DNA of 64,000 nt from an uncultured delta proteobacterium (GTDB lineage Bacteria > Bdellovibrionota > FAC87 > UBA2466). The stretch lies in NCBI GenBank assembly GCA_963778115.1, contig CAVZSV010000004.1, positions 2,688,001-2,752,000 on the forward strand, written 5' to 3'. Of the stretch, positions 8,640 through 17,995 are shown piece after piece. The stretch's first letter is position 1; each line of letters begins with the position of its first letter. A program made the position numbers and the translations under genes. The notes below the pieces were generated by a model that was not told the origin of the DNA, did not search any database, and worked only from the letters and a program-made list of their open reading frames with translations.

Positions 8640-10178
8640 ATGAAGAAGTCTGGCGGGATCTCAGTCGATTCCGCACCCGATGCGCTGGTGATGGTGAACC
8701 ATCTGGGAGTCATCGTTTACGTGAATTCACAAACCGAAAATCTATTCGGATACGAACGCGAGCAACTAACGGGACAGCCCATCGAGAGTCTATTGCCTGA
8801 GCGCTTCCGAGAAAAACACGTGGGACAGAGAAATGGATATTTCGGTGGGCCCCGTCTTCGACCGATGGGGGCTGGACTTGAGCTATTTGCCCTTCGTAAG
8901 GATGGGACGGAATTTCCCGTTGAGATAAGTCTGAGTCCCATTACGACGAATACCGCGGAACTTGTCACTGCCGCCGTGCGAGATATTACCGAACGAAAGC
9001 GTGCCCAAGAGGAACTTAAGCGCGCCAGAGAAAGTGCGGAAGCGGCTAATCGATCAAAAAGCGAGTTTCTGGCTAATATGAGTCATGAAATCCGAACGCC
9101 GCTTGCCGGAATTATCGGATACGCCGAAATGATAGCTCTTTATTGCTCTACGGATGAAGAGCGAAAAACTTATATGGAGAAGATTCGTCGGTGTGCCACG
9201 AATCTCACCGACCTTATTAATGACATCTTAGACCTTTCGAAAGTCGAAGCGGGGGCCCTCAATGTAGAGAGCGTTCCGGTTTCATTAGTCTCTGAAGTGG
9301 AAAGTGTGGCTGGTCTGTTGCAAGCAAGGGCCGATGAAAAGAGTATTTCCCTCGATATTCTTTATGATAGGCCGCTTCCTCCCAAGATCAATTCGGACCC
9401 CACTCGAATGCGGCAGATTCTATTGAATATACTTGGAAACGGAATCAAGTTCACCGATCAGGGGAGTGTCAGTTTGCGAGTCTCTTGCGTGAACGACGAA
9501 ATCAAGTTCTCCGTGACCGATACCGGTTGTGGACTGAGCAAAGAGGAACAGGGAAGACTTTTTCAATCTTTTGCCCAAGCGGATAGCTCTACGACGCGAA
9601 AATACGGCGGGACCGGCTTGGGGCTCGCCTTATCTCGAAGGCTGGCCCGTGCCCTTGGAGGAGATCTCGTTATTTTCAATAGCCAACCAGATAAGGGGAG
9701 CACCTTTGTGCTTACCATTCCAACTGGACTAGGAAAGATATCCCGGCCGCGAGAGGGTCAAAAATCTTCGGAAGCGTCTAAGACCGAAAATAACAAGCTT
9801 CCTAAGCTAACTAATTTGCATATTCTTGTCGCTGAGGACAATCCCGATAATCGAGAACTGGTAACTCGATTTCTTTCGGAACAAGGGGCTAAAGTCGAAA
9901 TCGCAAAGAACGGCAGTGAAGCTTACCAGATGGCGAAAAAGAAAAATTATTCCGCAATTGTGATGGATATGCAGATGCCCGTACTAGATGGTTACGAAGC
10001 GACTCGACGACTTCGTGAGGAAGGAATCACTATCCCCATCATCGCTCTTACGGCACACGCAATGAAAGAGGAGCATGAAAAGTGTCTCGAATCAGGCTGC
10101 GATGCTTTTTTGGTTAAGCCAGTTAATGTGAGTGAACTAATTCAAACCTTCCATAAACTCTCGTCAACGAAACGGTAA
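8640..10178 (+). CDS. Cytoplasmic PAS-HisKA-HATPase-REC hybrid histidine kinase (FixL-like PAS)
   Basis: [13 protein letters not shown]...[15 protein letters not shown]-box [17 protein letters not shown]-terminal receiver MDMQMP. Confidence 0.93.
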   Translation: MKKSGGISVDSAPDALVMVNHLGVIVYVNSQTENLFGYEREQLTGQPIESLLPERFREKHVGQRNGYFGGPRLRPMGAGLELFALRKDGTEFPVEISLSPITTNTAELVTAAVRDITERKRAQEELKRARESAEAANRSKSEFLANMSHEIRTPLAGIIGYAEMIALYCSTDEERKTYMEKIRRCATNLTDLINDILDLSKVEAGALNVESVPVSLVSEVESVAGLLQARADEKSISLDILYDRPLPPKINSDPTRMRQILLNILGNGIKFTDQGSVSLRVSCVNDEIKFSVTDTGCGLSKEEQGRLFQSFAQADSSTTRKYGGTGLGLALSRRLARALGGDLVIFNSQPDKGSTFVLTIPTGLGKISRPREGQKSSEASKTENNKLPKLTNLHILVAEDNPDNRELVTRFLSEQGAKVEIAKNGSEAYQMAKKKNYSAIVMDMQMPVLDGYEATRRLREEGITIPIIALTAHAMKEEHEKCLESGCDAFLVKPVNVSELIQTFHKLSSTKR

Positions 10179-10184
10179 AATCAC

Positions 10185-11546
10185 ATGCGATCTGCGATAC
10201 ATTTCTGGGGTGCGGCTGGAACTGTCACGGGCTCGAAATACTTAGTAGAGGCCGGAGATAGTCGTTTTCTCGTCGACTGTGGCCTTTTTCAGGGCATCAA
10301 AGAGCTAAGACAAAAAAACTGGTTACCCCTTCCGATGGATCCTAGAGCGATAGATGCGGTTATTTTGACCCACGCTCATTTAGATCATACGGGCTATCTT
10401 CCTCTATTAGTAAAGCACGGGTTTAAAGGGAAAATATTTTGCACTTCACCTACCAGAGATTTGACGCGCTTGGTGTTGCTTGATTCCGCCCATCTGCAGG
10501 AGGAAGATGCCGAGTACGCTAATCGTAAAGGCTTCACCAAACACTCTCCCGCCGAACCGCTCTATACGATTGCCGATGCTCAAAAGACGATTTCGCTTCT
10601 TACAACGGTGCAAAAGGACGTCTGGACCGCGCTCACGTCAAAGATTAAATTTCGATATCGCCCGAGTGGCCATATTTTAGGCTCCGCCTTCATCGAACTT
10701 GAAATTGGAAAAAGACGCATTGTCTTTTCGGGCGATCTAGGCCGATCCAAGCCTCTTCTGCTCCCAGCTCCCACAAAAATATCTGAAGCCGATTTTTTAC
10801 TTATTGAGTCTACTTACGGCGATCGAACTCACGAGAAAGAGTCGGTGTTCAAGCTTCTCTCCCATATTACTAATGAGACCACCAGTCGAAAGGGAGTCTT
10901 GCTAATTCCTTGTTTTGCGATCGGACGGACGCAAGATCTTCTGTACTGTTTCACCAAATTAAGGAAGGAGGGAAAAATTGCGAACCTTCCCGTTTTTGTG
11001 GATAGCCCCATGGGGGTCAATGCCACTGAAATATTTTTGAACCATCCCGACTGGCACCGCTTGCCGGCCGCCGAAGCCAAAGAGATGATCCAAAGCGTTG
11101 TTCTGGTAAAGGATAGGCAACAATCCAAAGCGCTCCTCAGTAGAAGAGGCAGTGCCATCATCATTGCCGGTAGTGGCATGGTGACGGGTGGACGAATTCT
11201 TCATCACCTCTCGGCTCGCGTTGGGGACAGCAGAAATACGGTGCTTTTAGTAGGCTTTCAGGCGGCCGGAACTCGTGGGCGCTTACTCAGAGACGGAGTC
11301 ACAGAACTTAAAATTCACGGAGAATATTTACCCGTAAAAGCCAATGTCTCCGAAATAGGGAGTCTTTCCGCCCATGCCGATCAGCCCGAGACCATTCACT
11401 GGCTCAAAGGATTTAAAACGCCTCCGAAGACCACTTTCGTTGTTCACGGAGAACCCCAAGCCTCTGATGCGTTACGCCTTCGCATCGAAGACACTCTGAA
11501 TTGGAATGTTCGCATCCCCGCTCTGGGAGAGTGCTTTGAACTTTAA
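10185..11546 (+). CDS. MBL-fold beta-CASP RNA-processing nuclease
   Basis: THAHLDH, GHILGS, SGDLG, ESTYG, SAHAD, VHGE. Confidence 0.92.
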   Translation: MRSAIHFWGAAGTVTGSKYLVEAGDSRFLVDCGLFQGIKELRQKNWLPLPMDPRAIDAVILTHAHLDHTGYLPLLVKHGFKGKIFCTSPTRDLTRLVLLDSAHLQEEDAEYANRKGFTKHSPAEPLYTIADAQKTISLLTTVQKDVWTALTSKIKFRYRPSGHILGSAFIELEIGKRRIVFSGDLGRSKPLLLPAPTKISEADFLLIESTYGDRTHEKESVFKLLSHITNETTSRKGVLLIPCFAIGRTQDLLYCFTKLRKEGKIANLPVFVDSPMGVNATEIFLNHPDWHRLPAAEAKEMIQSVVLVKDRQQSKALLSRRGSAIIIAGSGMVTGGRILHHLSARVGDSRNTVLLVGFQAAGTRGRLLRDGVTELKIHGEYLPVKANVSEIGSLSAHADQPETIHWLKGFKTPPKTTFVVHGEPQASDALRLRIEDTLNWNVRIPALGECFEL

Positions 11547-12970
11547 TTTTTTTCAGCCGACTCTTGCTCGCTCTCTTGAGCGGGGTCAACTTCCGTAAGT
11601 CCGTATTCGCGCTCTTTGCGGTAAAGCGTTCGTCGATTAATTCCCAAAATCTGTGCTGCCTTATCCTTGCGGCCCGCCGTTTTTTGCAATACCACGCGCA
11701 TATACCTCTCTTCCACCTGAGTGAGGGTCGGAAAATCCTGGGTCATGTTCTTAAAAGCTTCTTCCGGATTTGCAGTTTCTGGATCGGGAAGATCGGTCTG
11801 CTCAATGGCGCTTCCCCTGCATAGCACCACAGCGCGTTCGATGACATTTTCTAACTCTCTCACATTTCCGCGCCATTTAAGCTTTAAGAGCTTCTCCATG
11901 GCGGCTTTGGTAAAACCCCTGACTCTGCGCATCTCTCCGGGTGATCGATTTTCAGCGTTGTATTTTTCCAGAAAATGTTCGGCCAGTAGAGGAATGTCTT
12001 CGGGACGACTGCGAAGCGGAGGCAGTTGAATCGGAATGACACTTAGGCGGTAGTATAGATCTTCACGGAAGCTTCCTTCGCGAATTCCTACTTTAAGATC
12101 TTTGTGAGTGGCCGAGATAACGCGGACATTCACATCGATCATGATGTTGTCGCCCACCGGACGAATCTTTCTCTCTTGGAGCACTCGAAGCAGCTTCGCT
12201 TGGAGGGCTGGGCTCATGTCGCCTATCTCATCCAGAAAAAGAGTCCCTTCATTGGCCTCTTCGATTAAACCCTTCTTTCTCGTGGCTGCTCCCGTGAAGG
12301 ATCCCTTAGCGTGGCCGAAAAGTTCGGACTCTAAGAGAGTTTCAGGGATCGCAGTGCAATTAATAGCGATAAAGGGACGAGTCGCGCGTGGGCCTAGGCT
12401 GTGGATCGCTCTTGCTACCATCTCTTTTCCGGTTCCGCTTTCTCCTTGAATGAGAACGTTGGAGGTGGTGGGAGCCACTCGCTCGATCAGATCAAACACC
12501 GTTTTCATGTTGGGACTTTTGCCCAGGATGTTTTCAAGTTCCCATTTTTTTTGAACTTGTTTACGAAGCACCTGATTATCTAGGGCTAAGATTCTCTTTT
12601 CCATTGCCCGTTCGAGATTGATGCTTAGCTCGGTCAATTTGAAGGGCTTCACCAGATAGTGGAAAGCACCGTTCCGCATCGCTTCGATCGCGGTATCCAC
12701 GCTTCCGTAACCGGTAATCACGATCACCGGAAGAGCGGGCATTTCCGTTTTTAGCGTCTTTAGGAGTTGCATCCCATCCATCTGCGCCATTTTCAGATCT
12801 GAAATAACGACATCGAATCCACTTCCGCAGTCGCGAAGTTTTGTTAACGCTTCGGTTGCGGAAGCCAAACAGGTGACCTCATACCCCTCTTTTCCCAGAA
12901 AATCGGAGATAAGACTTCTCATCTCCGCATCGTCATCGACCGCCAGAACCTTGCCTTTTTCGCCTTTCAT
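11543..12970 (-). CDS. NtrC/AtoC/ZraR-family sigma54-dependent response regulator
   Basis: REC domain; GESGTGKE; ESELFGHAKGSFTGA; FREDLYYRL; Fis-type HTH. Confidence 0.95.
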   Translation of the reverse strand: MKGEKGKVLAVDDDAEMRSLISDFLGKEGYEVTCLASATEALTKLRDCGSGFDVVISDLKMAQMDGMQLLKTLKTEMPALPVIVITGYGSVDTAIEAMRNGAFHYLVKPFKLTELSINLERAMEKRILALDNQVLRKQVQKKWELENILGKSPNMKTVFDLIERVAPTTSNVLIQGESGTGKEMVARAIHSLGPRATRPFIAINCTAIPETLLESELFGHAKGSFTGAATRKKGLIEEANEGTLFLDEIGDMSPALQAKLLRVLQERKIRPVGDNIMIDVNVRVISATHKDLKVGIREGSFREDLYYRLSVIPIQLPPLRSRPEDIPLLAEHFLEKYNAENRSPGEMRRVRGFTKAAMEKLLKLKWRGNVRELENVIERAVVLCRGSAIEQTDLPDPETANPEEAFKNMTQDFPTLTQVEERYMRVVLQKTAGRKDKAAQILGINRRTLYRKEREYGLTEVDPAQESEQESAEKN

Positions 12971-12994
12971 GGAATCGCCTCGATTTCCGCTAAT

Positions 12995-13028
12995 GGGTCA
13001 AAATAGCCCTTAAGGGACTTTTTGTCAC
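12995..13028. promoter_or_regulatory. Tandem candidate bEBP enhancer sites
   Basis: GGGTCAAAATAGCCC (12995) and GGGACTTTTTGTCAC (13014). Confidence 0.6.
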
Positions 13029-13075
13029 TTAAATCCACTGCCCTTAAAGCCCAATGCTTTCAGTCTCCTAGCTAA

Positions 13076-13091
13076 AGCAGCTTTCATGCCA
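13076..13091 (-). promoter_or_regulatory. sigma54 promoter facing the NtrC-family gene
   Basis: TGGCATGAAAGCTGCT on the minus strand. Confidence 0.7.
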
Positions 13092-13107
13092 CGGCACTAA
13101 CGTTGCA
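13092..13107 (+). promoter_or_regulatory. sigma54 promoter of ldhA
   Basis: CGGCACTAACGTTGCA. Confidence 0.8.
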
Positions 13108-13130
13108 ATTGCTTGTCCTCAAGGAGTTCT

Positions 13131-14132
13131 ATGAAGGTCGCATTTTTTGACGCCCATGAATTTGAACGAGAGTATTTCGAGGTTGCTAACTCGCAGCGTC
13201 ATAAGATCGCCTACCTGGAAACGAGGCTTACGGCCGCCACAGCGGGCTTGGCTCAGGGATGCTTAGCGGTGTGCAGTTTTGCCAACGATCGTATCGATAG
13301 GGAGGCGCTTAGAATCTTGAAAAGTTCGGGGGTGAAACTGATAGCGCTAAGATGCGCCGGCTTTAATCACGTCGATCTGCTTGCAGCGAAACAGATGCAA
13401 ATCCCGGTGGTTCGAGTCCCCGCCTATTCCCCTTATGCGATCGCCGAACACGCCACCGCTTTAATTCTCGAACTCAATCGGAAACTAAATCGCGCCTATT
13501 ATCGCGTGAGAGAGGGAAATTTCTCTTTAGGAGGACTTGTTGGGTTTGATCTGCACGGAAAGACCGCAGGTATTGTGGGCACGGGGCGAATTGGGTGTGC
13601 TTTCGCTAGTATCATGGCTGGCTTTGGCTGCAAGGTAGTGGCGTACGACATCGTTGCTAATTTGGATTTGGAGACACGACTAGGGGTTCGCTATGTGAGT
13701 CTAGCGGAGCTGTATGCTACCTCTCACATCATCTCATTACATCTTCCGCTCACTCCAAAGACCGTTCATATGGTGAATTCGACTTCGCTCTCTCAAATGA
13801 AAAAAGGGGTGATGATAATCAATACCAGCAGAGGGGCTCTTATCGACACTCACGCTCTCATCGAATCGCTCAAGAGTGGGCATATCGGATTTGCGGGGTT
13901 AGATGTCTATGAAGAGGAGGAGGGAATCTTTTTTGAAGACCTTTCCGATAAAGTTTTGCAGGACGATCAGTTAGCAAGGCTTCTTACCTTTCCCAATGTT
14001 TTTGTGACAGCGCACCAAGGTTTTCTTACTCAAGAGGCGCTGGCGAAGATAGCGCAGACGACTCTTCAAAACATTTCGGATTTCGAAAACGGTAAGGCTT
14101 TAACGAATGAAGTTAAAGCGGATACCCCGTGA
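13131..14132 (+). CDS. ldhA: D-lactate dehydrogenase (D-2-hydroxyacid dehydrogenase)
   Basis: ALRCAGFNHVDL, RVPAYSPYAIAEH, GTGRIG, LDVYEEE, TAHQGFLT; RBS AAGGAG. Confidence 0.9.
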   Translation: MKVAFFDAHEFEREYFEVANSQRHKIAYLETRLTAATAGLAQGCLAVCSFANDRIDREALRILKSSGVKLIALRCAGFNHVDLLAAKQMQIPVVRVPAYSPYAIAEHATALILELNRKLNRAYYRVREGNFSLGGLVGFDLHGKTAGIVGTGRIGCAFASIMAGFGCKVVAYDIVANLDLETRLGVRYVSLAELYATSHIISLHLPLTPKTVHMVNSTSLSQMKKGVMIINTSRGALIDTHALIESLKSGHIGFAGLDVYEEEEGIFFEDLSDKVLQDDQLARLLTFPNVFVTAHQGFLTQEALAKIAQTTLQNISDFENGKALTNEVKADTP

Positions 14133-14166
14133 GACATAATGGCCCAGAGCCCGCTTTATATGTCCC
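14131..14166. promoter_or_regulatory. Candidate bEBP enhancer sites
   Basis: GAGACATAATGGCCC (14131) and half-match CGCTTTATATGTCCC (14152). Confidence 0.55.
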
Positions 14167-14206
14167 GGCGAAGGGGCTTTTACGCCTAAATCGCGGTCCA
14201 TTCTGA

Positions 14207-14222
14207 TGGCATGCCGAGTGCA
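14207..14222 (+). promoter_or_regulatory. sigma54 promoter of the USP operon
   Basis: TGGCATGCCGAGTGCA. Confidence 0.75.
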
Positions 14223-14260
14223 TTATCTTGCTCTCAGAGACGTAGAAGAGGAGAAGGAAA

Positions 14261-15265
14261 ATGAAATCCATTTCAACCGCAAAAAGAGTGATCTGGGCCG
14301 TAGATGCCTTTACCGAAGATCGCAGGCTTCATCAAAAAGCGATCTCAGTGCTTAAGGCGTGGAGCAAACAGAGCGAACTAGTAATCGAGCCGGTGTTCGT
14401 GATGAGTCCCGATCAAATATTTGCCCCGCCTGAAGTATTTGCCCACATTTCAGAAGGATTTCAGGGGGAGGCCAGAATGCGCTTGAAAGGATTAATGAAG
14501 AAAGCGGGCTTAGCCGGTCTTCTTGAACCTACGTTTTTAGAATCCAATACCTTCTCGCTTCGGATGGCGGTTCAAACGTTATTGGATTATGCAAGGCAGA
14601 CGAAAGCCGAATTTATTTTGGCCAGCACGCAATCTAAAAAGGGGGTGACGAGATTTTTATTCGGAAGTTTTGCCGAAAGCCTAGTATTGCAATCTGAAAT
14701 CCCCGTTTTCCTAGTGAGTCCGAAAACGGTTCCCTCGGCGCTAAAACATGTACTTTTTGCCAGCGACTTCAGTGACAAATCCAAAGAGGCTTTTAAGGAG
14801 ATCGCAAGAGAGGCAAAGGAACGCAACTTTAAGATCACCGTTTATAACAAAGTTGAGTACCTAACCGACTACTCGATGGCTTATATCACCGCTTCAAGCG
14901 TGTACCAAAAAATTGTCGACCAGGATCTCTTGAAAAGAAAAGCGCAAGCCAATGATTTGGTCGAGTGGGCAAAGGGGCAAGGGGTTGAGGCCGAAGTCTT
15001 TGTGGATGATAAGTCCAAAGAAGTGAATGTCGCCGCAGCTATCTTGAAAGCTACCTCAAAGGTGAAAGCAGATACCATCGCGATCGCCTCTCAGAGCGGT
15101 AGAGTCGCCAGTGCGATTTTGGGGAGTGTGACCCGCCAAGTGGTGAGATCGGCAAAACACCCCGTTTGGGTAGTGCATCCCCAAAATATCGAACAGGCAA
15201 TACCCGGTAAGAAATCCTCCATGCCGCTGTCGAGCCCGGATAAGAAAGGAGCGGTCGCAGTATGA
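14261..15265 (+). CDS. Tandem universal stress protein (two USP domains)
   Basis: FLFGSFAESLV...PVFLV and ASDFSD...LGSVTRQVVR...PVWVV. Confidence 0.9.
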   Translation: MKSISTAKRVIWAVDAFTEDRRLHQKAISVLKAWSKQSELVIEPVFVMSPDQIFAPPEVFAHISEGFQGEARMRLKGLMKKAGLAGLLEPTFLESNTFSLRMAVQTLLDYARQTKAEFILASTQSKKGVTRFLFGSFAESLVLQSEIPVFLVSPKTVPSALKHVLFASDFSDKSKEAFKEIAREAKERNFKITVYNKVEYLTDYSMAYITASSVYQKIVDQDLLKRKAQANDLVEWAKGQGVEAEVFVDDKSKEVNVAAAILKATSKVKADTIAIASQSGRVASAILGSVTRQVVRSAKHPVWVVHPQNIEQAIPGKKSSMPLSSPDKKGAVAV

Positions 15266-16434
15266 AATCACAAATGGGTTGGCTAAGTCTGGTCAGTGTG
15301 GCGGTTGCGTTACTCTCCTCCACACCCTCTTTCGGGGCCGAGGAAAATGTGAAATGGCGCGAAAAGATGCATGCTTTGGCTAAGACCATGAGTGAATTAC
15401 TCCCCGAACTCTTTTCTAAGAAAGGCGATCCAGCCATTATCGAAAAGGATGCGAAGACTCTCTCGGAACTCTCGCACAGTCTAAAGCCTGGATTGATGAC
15501 CGGAAAAATGGTTCCTCCCGAAGACGCCGATCCTAGTTTACAAATTATAGCGACTCGATTTTCGGATGAAACAAAATCGGCCTACCGAGCGATCCATGCT
15601 GGTAACTTAGAGTATGGAAAAAATAGACTGAAAACAATTACGAGTTATTGTATTTCGTGCCATACGCGCCATGACAAAGGGCCTAACTTTCCCGTTTTTC
15701 CCTTAGATCCCAAGACCGAGCAGCTAGGCCCTGAAGAAAAAGCTGCCCTTTTCGTAGCTACCCGCCAGTTTGATAAGGGCCTTGAAGCTTTCGAAGCCTT
15801 AATCAAGGACAACGATTTTGCTAAGAAGCGCCCCTTTGAGTGGGAACAGGCTGTTCGAAGCGCCCTAGCTATCTCTATCAAGGTAAAAAACGATCCCGTA
15901 AGTGCGAAGCAGATTGTGGACCTGGCACTAAAATCGCCCACACTTCCCGACTATTCCCGTTCTTACCTTACCAAATGGCAGAGGGCGATTGAAACCTGGA
16001 AAAAGGAAGGCCCTCCCCAAGCCACTGGGGATATCGCCTTGCTTAATCAAGTGCGAAATCTGATGAGCGAAGCGAAGCAGGCTCAACTTTTTCCGATCGA
16101 TCATTGCTCAGATGTGCAGTTTCTAAGGGCGTCTGCAGTGGCTCACGATCTATTACGTCAGGAAAAAAATCCAAAAGTAAGAGCGGAGGGACTCTTAGCG
16201 ATCGGAAACGTCACGGAGGTCATGGGTAATTACCTCATGTGGCCGCTGCAGGATTCTTATTATGAAGCTTGCATCCGGGAAGTTCCGCATTCGACTTTGG
16301 CGCAGCAATGTTACGAGCAATATGAACAATCGGTCTATATGGGTTTCACGGGCAGTGCCGGGACCTTTATTCCCGACGATACGCAAGAGGTTTTGTCGGA
16401 ATTAAAAGCGCTTGCGAAACCCAAAGGGAAATAA
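15262..16434 (+). CDS. Exported single-heme c-type cytochrome (helical-bundle type) fused to a TPR-like helical region
   Basis: Signal peptide; CISCH after a helical segment; ATGA overlap with the USP gene. Confidence 0.75.
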   Translation: MKSQMGWLSLVSVAVALLSSTPSFGAEENVKWREKMHALAKTMSELLPELFSKKGDPAIIEKDAKTLSELSHSLKPGLMTGKMVPPEDADPSLQIIATRFSDETKSAYRAIHAGNLEYGKNRLKTITSYCISCHTRHDKGPNFPVFPLDPKTEQLGPEEKAALFVATRQFDKGLEAFEALIKDNDFAKKRPFEWEQAVRSALAISIKVKNDPVSAKQIVDLALKSPTLPDYSRSYLTKWQRAIETWKKEGPPQATGDIALLNQVRNLMSEAKQAQLFPIDHCSDVQFLRASAVAHDLLRQEKNPKVRAEGLLAIGNVTEVMGNYLMWPLQDSYYEACIREVPHSTLAQQCYEQYEQSVYMGFTGSAGTFIPDDTQEVLSELKALAKPKGK

Positions 16435-16435
16435 G

Positions 16436-17620
16436 ATGGAGACGAAGTGTTTTCCGAAGGCAAAGATGCCTATGGTCGACGAACAAGGGGTGTTATTCGC
16501 TTGTGTTCAAGGATCTAACGACGCCATCATGCTGACGGATGTTAAGGGCGTTATCTTCTTCGTGAACACTGCTTGGCAAAGACTCTTCGGTTACTCGAGC
16601 AATGAGGCCTTAGGCCAAACTCCTCGTCTTCTAAGATCCGCCCATCACGAAACAGGTTTCTATCATCGCATGTGGTCAGATATTCTTGACCCCGCAAAGA
16701 AAGCGTGGCGGGGGGAGGTTATCAATTTGACAAAAGACGGAAGAGAAATTCCGGTTTGGCTGACCATCAGTCCTTTCCTTGATAATCAAAATCAGATCTC
16801 CGGTTACATGTCCGTTGCCTGCGATCTTTCGGAACAAAAGAAAATGCAGATGCGGATTCAATGGCAAGATAGACTCACCACTCTGGGCCTTCTAACGGAA
16901 GGACTCGCTCATGAAATGGGGACGCCATTAGGAGTGGCGCGCGGGAGAGCAGAATATTTGATGCGGCTATCCGCGGAAGATTCGTTCGCTAGAAAGAATC
17001 TTTCCACGATCGTCACCCAAATAGACAAGGTTTCTAAATTAATGGAGGCTCTGCAAAATCTCTCTCAAAACGATACTTCGGAAATTCGGATACCGGTCAA
17101 TATCGCCAAAGTGGTCAGTTCCGTTCAAAGGCTTATCGAAGGAAAGTTACTCGTTAGCGGAATCACCTTTACCTCCACGATCTCCAACGATGCCCTGGTC
17201 TACGCCGAGCCGAGTAAGCTGGGCCAGGTTTTAATAAGCCTTTGCATCAATTCCATCCATGCTTTGGAAGACGCAAAAAACTCAAACGCCAAGCATCCTC
17301 TTTTTATCAAATTGACTGCCTCCGAAAAGGACAAGTATTGGGAGATTGCGGTGGCCGATAACGGCGGGGGAATTGCAGAAGACAGTGTAAAACACCTATT
17401 TAAACCTTTCTTTACTACCAAAGAGGTCGGGGTGGGAACGGGATTGGGACTCGCAGCAGTTAACGAGGTCGTGCGTCACTGGAACGGACATATCGATTTG
17501 GAAAATATCCCCGGCTCTGGCGTCACCTTTAAGATAGTGATTCCCAAAGCCAATGTTCCTCAAGCCGTAGAGAAACAAGGAGGGTTAGATGGTAGCAAGG
17601 CCGCAAATCTTGGTAGTTGA
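16436..17620 (+). CDS. Cytoplasmic PAS histidine kinase (NifL/Aer-like PAS, NtrB-like kinase)
   Basis: GQTPRLLRS..H...FY..MW...WRGEVIN..KDG; LAHEMGTPL; PFFTTK..G.GTGLGL. Confidence 0.9.
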   Translation: METKCFPKAKMPMVDEQGVLFACVQGSNDAIMLTDVKGVIFFVNTAWQRLFGYSSNEALGQTPRLLRSAHHETGFYHRMWSDILDPAKKAWRGEVINLTKDGREIPVWLTISPFLDNQNQISGYMSVACDLSEQKKMQMRIQWQDRLTTLGLLTEGLAHEMGTPLGVARGRAEYLMRLSAEDSFARKNLSTIVTQIDKVSKLMEALQNLSQNDTSEIRIPVNIAKVVSSVQRLIEGKLLVSGITFTSTISNDALVYAEPSKLGQVLISLCINSIHALEDAKNSNAKHPLFIKLTASEKDKYWEIAVADNGGGIAEDSVKHLFKPFFTTKEVGVGTGLGLAAVNEVVRHWNGHIDLENIPGSGVTFKIVIPKANVPQAVEKQGGLDGSKAANLGS

Positions 17621-17981
17621 TGACGATCGCGAGATGGTGTTTCTTCTTAAAGAATTTCTCACTCGCCAAGGATACGATGTCGCCGTAGCGAACTCCGGTC
17701 AGAGCGCCTTGCGTTTTTTTGGTAAAGGGATGGTTAAATCTCCCGAAATTGTGGTGTCCGATGTAAAAATGAGTCCAGTAAATGGCCTCGAGCTGGCTAC
17801 AGCGCTTCAAGCGCATCAGCCCAACCTTCCCGTCATTCTTTTTAGCGCTTACGCGAATGGAAACCTTGAAGTGGCCGCGGAAGAGGCGGGGGCTATTCGA
17901 TTTTTGAGAAAGCCTTTTGGTTTGTTAGAGATTGCAGACCTGGTGAAAGAGGAGCTCGAAAAGCTCCCGGGGAAAAAATAG
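17589..17981 (+). CDS. Single-domain response regulator
   Basis: VVDDD, SDVKMSPVNG, FLRKPF. Confidence 0.9.
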   Translation: MVARPQILVVDDDREMVFLLKEFLTRQGYDVAVANSGQSALRFFGKGMVKSPEIVVSDVKMSPVNGLELATALQAHQPNLPVILFSAYANGNLEVAAEEAGAIRFLRKPFGLLEIADLVKEELEKLPGKK

Positions 17982-17995
17982 CAAGGAGATCTTCG

